This document shows positions 62,896-64,000 of a stretch of 64,000 nucleotides of DNA, piece by piece (position 1 is the stretch's first letter; every line of letters begins with the position of its first letter). The translations under genes were made by a program, and so were the position numbers. The notes below the pieces were generated by a model that saw nothing but the letters and a program-made list of their open reading frames with translations, did no database searches and had not been told where the DNA came from. The stretch comes from Mobula hypostoma. Lineage: Eukaryota. The stretch covers positions 57,042,001 through 57,106,000 of the forward strand of contig NC_086108.1 of NCBI RefSeq assembly GCF_963921235.1, given 5' to 3'.

Positions 62896-64000
62896 CATAG
62901 AAACATAGAAAATAGGTGCAGGAGTAGGCCATTTGGCCCTTCGAGCCTGCACCGCCATTTATTATTATCATGGCTGATCATCCAACTCAGAACCCCGCCC
63001 CCCCTCCATACCCCCTGACCCCCGTAGCCACAAGGGCCATATCTAACTCCCTCTTAAATATAGCCAATGAACTGGCCTCAACTGTTTCCTGTGGCAGAGA
63101 ATTCCACAGATTCACCACTCTCTGTGTGAAGAAGTTTTTCCTAATCTCGGTCCTAAAAGGCTTCCCCTCTATCCTCAAACTGTGGCCCCTCGTTTTGGAC
63201 TTCCCCAACATCGGGAACAATCTTCCTGCATCTAGCCTGTCCAATCCCTTTAGGATCTTATACGTTTCAATCAGATCTCCCCTCAATCTTCTAAATTCCA
63301 ACGAGTACAAGCCCAGTTCATCCAGTCTTTCTTCATATGAAAGTCCTGCCATCCCAGGAATCAATCTGGTGAACCTTCTTTGTACTCCCTCTATGGCAAG
63401 GATGTCTTTCCTCAGATTAGGGGACCAAAACTGCACACAATACTCCAGGTGTGGTCTCACCAAGGCCTTGTACAACTGCAGTAGTACCTCCCTGCTCCTG
63501 TACTCGAATCCTCTCACTATAAATGCCAGCATACCATTCGCCTTTTTCACCGCCTGCTGTACCTGCATGCCCACTTTCAATGACTGGTGTATAATGACAC
63601 CCAGGTCTCGTTGCACCTCCCCTTTTCCTAATCGGCCACCATTCAGATAATATCTGTTTTCCTATTTTTGCCACCAAAGTGGATAACTTCACATTTATCC
63701 ACATTAAATTGCATCTGCCATGAATTTGCCCACTCACCCAACCTATCCAAGTCACTCTGCATCCTCTTAGCATCCTCCTCACAGCTAACACTGCCACCCA
63801 GCTTCGTGTCATCCGCAAACTTGGAGATGCTGCATTTAATTCCCTCATCCAAGTCATTAATATATATTGTAAACAACTGGGGTCCCAGCACTGAGCCTTG
63901 CGGTACCCCACTAGTCACCGCCTGCCATTCTCAAAAGGTCCCGTTTATTCCCACTCTTTGCTTCCTGTCTGCTAACCAATTCTCCACCCACACCAATACC
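62896..64000 (-). mobile_element. Young CR1 LINE 3' portion, running off the window end
   Basis: [29 protein letters not shown] and an uninterrupted 209-aa C-terminal ORF. Tail (TTTCTATG)n at ~62896-62912. Confidence 0.95.

Noticed and set aside
62970..63650. 226-aa plus-strand ORF
   Set aside because: It is the antisense shadow of the CR1 ORF2, a common artefact.

Overview
Eukaryotic, AT-rich, transposon-dense vertebrate DNA. The repeat repertoire (CR1 with esterase ORF1, Rex1/Babar-type LINEs, Penelope-like elements, V-SINE and Deu-domain SINEs) points to a cartilaginous fish, probably a ray; this is inference. The only host gene I can support is the first coding exon of a G-protein gamma subunit of the GNG12/GNG7 group (minus strand, exon 1132-1025, CDS 1105-1025). 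The remaining ~63 kb is most plausibly its 5'-UTR intron or upstream region. It is filled with mostly decayed, often nested mobile elements: a HERO-like RT plus restriction-like-endonuclease retrotransposon (~10.98-14.37 kb), a near full-length CR1 (~43.9-48.2 kb), hAT, Harbinger, Tc1 and Tigger DNA elements, and a solo LTR. The most interesting observations are several Penelope-type minimal hammerhead motifs (one intact core, one inverted pair), a heavily self-complementary HERO 3' UTR carrying hammerhead-core words in a non-canonical order, and a divergent, N-terminally shortened Gγ. No prokaryotic-type system, CRISPR array, tRNA or rRNA gene was seen. TE boundaries without a stated TSD or TIR are approximate, and family names come from motif recognition, not database searches.
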